In this document: positions 50,149 through 52,997 of the stretch, in pieces
How the letters are laid out: each line of letters opens with the position of its first letter
How positions within the stretch are numbered: position 1 is the stretch's first letter
NCBI GenBank assembly: GCA_051439605.1
Contig: JBFRWN010000068.1
Span: 1 to 52,997 of the forward strand
Length of the DNA: 52,997 bases
Direction: 5' to 3'
DNA from: Synechococcus sp.
GTDB taxonomy: Bacteria; Cyanobacteriota; Cyanobacteriia; Thermostichales; PCC-7336
Notes under the pieces: model-generated
Told to the model about the DNA's origin: nothing
Databases searched by the model: none
What the model saw: the letters and a program-made list of their open reading frames with translations, nothing else
Made by a program: the position numbers and the translations under genes

Positions 50149-52674
50149 TTGGTACAGGCTACGGAACGCACAAATCCTTTTCCGGGGTTGCGACCCTTTG
50201 AGTTTGGGGAGGAGTATTTATTTTTTGGCCGCGAGGGGCAGGCGGACGAGTTGTTGCGGCGGCTGCAGCAGCATCGATTTGTGGCGGTGGTGGGGCCTTC
50301 GGGCAGTGGCAAGTCTTCGTTGGTGCGGGCAGGGCTATTGCCGGCGATCCACAGCGGATTTTTGCAAGGGGCGGGATCTTATTGGCTGAAGGCGGTGGTG
50401 CGACCGGGGGGAGCGCCGATTCGGAATTTGGCGCTGGGGTTAAACCAACCGGATGTGTTGGGGGATGGGGGGGAGGATGCCGAGCTGCAGGGGTTGCTGG
50501 TGGAGTCGACGCTGCGGCAGGGGCGGTTGGGGTTGGTGGAGGCAGTGCGGCTGGCGCGGCTGGACCCGCACCACAGTTTGTTGGTGGTGGTGGATCAGTT
50601 TGAGGAGTTGTTTCGCTTCCGGCAGACTGGAGGTAGTCGTGGGGAGGCGGATGAGGCGGCGGCGTTTGTAAAGCTGTTGTTGGGGGCGGTGCAGCAGCGG
50701 GAGCAGCCAATTTATATCGTGCTGACGATGCGATCGGATTTTTTGGGGGATTGCGCCCGATTTGTGGGGTTGCCGGAGGCGATTAACGACAGTCAGTATT
50801 TGATTCCCCGCATGACGCGGGACCAACGGCGATTGGCGATCGAGGGGCCGATTGGGGTGGTGGGGGGCAGGATTTCCCCCCGGTTGGTGCAGCGGTTGTT
50901 GAACGATGTGGGGGATGACCCCGATCAGCTGCCGATTTTGCAGCACGCGTTGATGCGGACGTGGGATTTTTGGCAGGGGCATCACGAGGCCACAGAGCCG
51001 GTGGACGTGGGCCATTACGAGGCGGTGGGGACGATGGCGGCGGCGCTGTCGAACCATGCGGACGATATTTTCGAGCAACTGACGAAGCAACAACAGGAAA
51101 TTGCCAAGCGGTCGTTTCAGCGGCTGACGGAGCAGGGGCAGGACGGGCGAGGGATTCGGCGGCCGACGCCGGTAGCTGAAATCGCTCAGGTGGCGAATGT
51201 GACAGAGGAAGACGTGCGGGGGGTGGTGGATCGGTTTAGAGGAGACAACAATTCTTTTTTGATGCCGCCTCAGCCGGAACGATTGTCGAGCAATACGGTG
51301 TTGGATATTTCCCACGAGAGTTTGATGCGGATTTGGGGGCGGTTGAAGGACTGGGTGGTGGAAGAGGCGGAGTCCGCACAAGAATTTTTGCGATTGGTCA
51401 ATCGGGCGAGCCGCTATCCAGACAGGGCGGGGCTGTTGCGGGATCCGGAGTTGACGTTTGCGTTGAATTGGCGGCGGGATGAGGGGCCAACGGAGGCTTG
51501 GGCGGCTCGGTATGCGCAGGGGTTTGAGGATGCCATCTCGTTTTTAGATGCGAGTGTGGAGGGTCGAGATCGCGAGCATGCCGAACGAGAACGGCAGGCG
51601 GCGGAGAAGGAGAGGATTCGCAGGCAGCGATTCAGGCAGGTGGTGGGGGTTGCGATTGCGATGGCGCTGTTGGCGGGGGGGGCGATTTGGGCGGCGATCT
51701 TCGCTCTGCAGCAGAGGCACGATGCCACTGTGGAACGAGATCGAGCTCAGCGGGAGGTATTGAATGCCAATTTGCTGGCCGCCAGCCTGAAAACCGATAA
51801 TTTATTGGATTCCGACCTGGAATTAGAAGCCACCATCGCGGCGATCCGAATGGGGCGAGAGATTGAAGCACTCGAACGTGATGGGCTGGAGAAACAGTTA
51901 TATCGCGATACTAGGGCGCGATCGGAGGCGTCTTTAAGCGAAGTGGTGTATTCCAGTCGGGAAAGAAACCGATTGGAAACTCATCGCGACTGGGTCAGGA
52001 GCGTGAGTTTCAGCCCCACCGGAGACACACTGGCCTCCGCCAGCGATGACGGCACGGTCAAGCTGTGGAATTTAGAGGGTCAAGAGCTGCAAACCCTGGA
52101 GGGGCATCGTGAACCTGTCTATAGCGTGAGTTTCAGCCCCACCGGAGACACACTGGCCTCCGCCAGCGATGACGGCACGGTGAAGCTGTGGAATTTAGAG
52201 GGGGAGGAGCTGCAAACCCTCCAGGGGCATCGCGGAGGTGTCTGGAGTGTGAGTTTCAGCCCCACCGGAGACACACTGGCCTCCGCCAGCTCTGACGGCA
52301 CGGTGAAGCTGTGGAATTTAGAGGGGGAGCAGCTGCAAACCCTGGAGGGGCATCGCGGAAGTGTCTGGAGCGTGAGTTTCAGCCCCGACAGCGAGACCCT
52401 GGCCTCTGCCAGCTCTGACGGCACGGTGAAGCTGTGGAATTTAGAGGGGGAGGAGCTGCAAACCCTGGAGGGGCATCGCGGAAATGTATTGAGCGTGAGT
52501 TTCAGCCCCACCGGAGACACACTGGCCTCCGCCAGCGATGACGGCACGGTGATTTTATGGAATTTCAATCTGGAAGATTTGCTGGCTAAAGGGTGTCGGC
52601 AAATTGCCAATTACTTGCGCTACAACCCCAACGTGACTGCAGAAGACAAGCAACTTTGCGATGGGGTTGAGTAG
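50149..52674 (+). CDS. STAND (nSTAND1-type) NTPase-TM-WD40 repeat protein, NLR-like
   Basis: NPFPGLRPF, FFGRE, GPSGSGKSS, VVVDQFEELF, LTMRSDF, LPILQHAL, ISHESL; TM VVGVAIAMALLAGGAIWAAIFAL; five WD40 repeats. Confidence 0.92.
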   Translation: MVQATERTNPFPGLRPFEFGEEYLFFGREGQADELLRRLQQHRFVAVVGPSGSGKSSLVRAGLLPAIHSGFLQGAGSYWLKAVVRPGGAPIRNLALGLNQPDVLGDGGEDAELQGLLVESTLRQGRLGLVEAVRLARLDPHHSLLVVVDQFEELFRFRQTGGSRGEADEAAAFVKLLLGAVQQREQPIYIVLTMRSDFLGDCARFVGLPEAINDSQYLIPRMTRDQRRLAIEGPIGVVGGRISPRLVQRLLNDVGDDPDQLPILQHALMRTWDFWQGHHEATEPVDVGHYEAVGTMAAALSNHADDIFEQLTKQQQEIAKRSFQRLTEQGQDGRGIRRPTPVAEIAQVANVTEEDVRGVVDRFRGDNNSFLMPPQPERLSSNTVLDISHESLMRIWGRLKDWVVEEAESAQEFLRLVNRASRYPDRAGLLRDPELTFALNWRRDEGPTEAWAARYAQGFEDAISFLDASVEGRDREHAERERQAAEKERIRRQRFRQVVGVAIAMALLAGGAIWAAIFALQQRHDATVERDRAQREVLNANLLAASLKTDNLLDSDLELEATIAAIRMGREIEALERDGLEKQLYRDTRARSEASLSEVVYSSRERNRLETHRDWVRSVSFSPTGDTLASASDDGTVKLWNLEGQELQTLEGHREPVYSVSFSPTGDTLASASDDGTVKLWNLEGEELQTLQGHRGGVWSVSFSPTGDTLASASSDGTVKLWNLEGEQLQTLEGHRGSVWSVSFSPDSETLASASSDGTVKLWNLEGEELQTLEGHRGNVLSVSFSPTGDTLASASDDGTVILWNFNLEDLLAKGCRQIANYLRYNPNVTAEDKQLCDGVE
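51970..52563 (+). repeat. Five near-identical 123-bp tandem repeats encoding WD40 blades
   Basis: His codon of each unit at 51982, 52105, 52228, 52351 and 52474 (exact 123-bp period). Confidence 0.95.
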
Positions 52675-52811
52675 GGGAAGTTCCAATGTTGGACCGTTAT
52701 AAGACAGTTTGAATACTCGAACGAATAACTGTAGCGACCCACAAACAATATCGGCTCGACCCGCAAACAAGGCAATTTTGGACCCACATTAAGGCTCTTG
52801 CACGCTTTTGG

Positions 52812-52997
52812 CGCACATTCCGCAGGTTGGGTGCAAGAATCAGATAATTTTATGGTTAGCGTTTTTTGCGAGCCGAACCCTGAGCATGCGCGTTCAAGAC
52901 CTGGATCACTTAGGCATCATTGCAGGGATTGTAGACCAAATTAAGCTTGAGGAGCGCGTCAATGATTGTCTCGGAACTCATCCGCAACAAATTGTGA
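52812..52997 (+). mobile_element. 5' end of an IS1634-family element (transposase starts at 52886, runs off the window)
   Basis: Hand translation MRVQDLDHLGIIAGIVDQIKLEERVNDCLGTHPQQIV; end-like CACATTCCGCAGG at ~52814. Confidence 0.85.

Noticed and set aside
50159..51381. Long Pro/His-rich antisense ORFs (183 and 313 aa)
   Set aside because: Shadows of the G-rich codon usage of the STAND gene.
51970..52563. Regular repeats as a CRISPR array or DGR template/variable repeat
   Set aside because: Units are in-frame 123-bp WD40 coding repeats without unique spacers; no cas or reverse transcriptase gene is in the window.
1..52997. GCGATCGC recurrences as a novel repeat; rRNA/tRNA genes
   Set aside because: The octamer is the known cyanobacterial HIP1; I saw no tRNA or rRNA-like sequence by eye.

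Overview
A cyanobacterial chromosomal window, judged from frequent HIP1 octamers (GCGATCGC), a gifA/IF7 gene with an NtcA box, pentapeptide-repeat proteins and a Ycf22/MlaD gene. Bases 1-21.8 kb are a mosaic of accessory and stress genes: a PflX-like radical SAM enzyme, a minimal SufC/SufBD (SmsCB-like) pair, an infA pseudogene fragment, a divergent metK paralog, lipid enzymes, a GT2, an EF-G paralog divergent from a bacterial aeRF1-like host-attachment protein, gifA and a permease pseudogene. Bases 22-32.5 kb are more ordinary (speA, two pentapeptide proteins, mlaFD, thiG). The most striking region is an IS-scarred ~15 kb island at 33.1-48.0 kb. There an SDR and a stand-alone A-T-R NRPS-like reductase with a proline-like pocket lie directly upstream of a Cache-type hybrid histidine kinase, a single-domain response regulator, a HisKA-REC-PP2C phosphatase, an anti-sigma-type kinase/STAS pair and a GGDEF-EAL-GGDEF protein, followed by an Sfp-type PPTase. 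I infer a candidate 'make a signal, sense it, switch c-di-GMP' cassette. It is followed by a TIR protein plus a STAND NTPase-WD40 (NLR-like) pair with near-identical, site-variable WD40 repeats, and by the start of an IS1634-like element. All family assignments come from motif recognition by eye; no database search was run.
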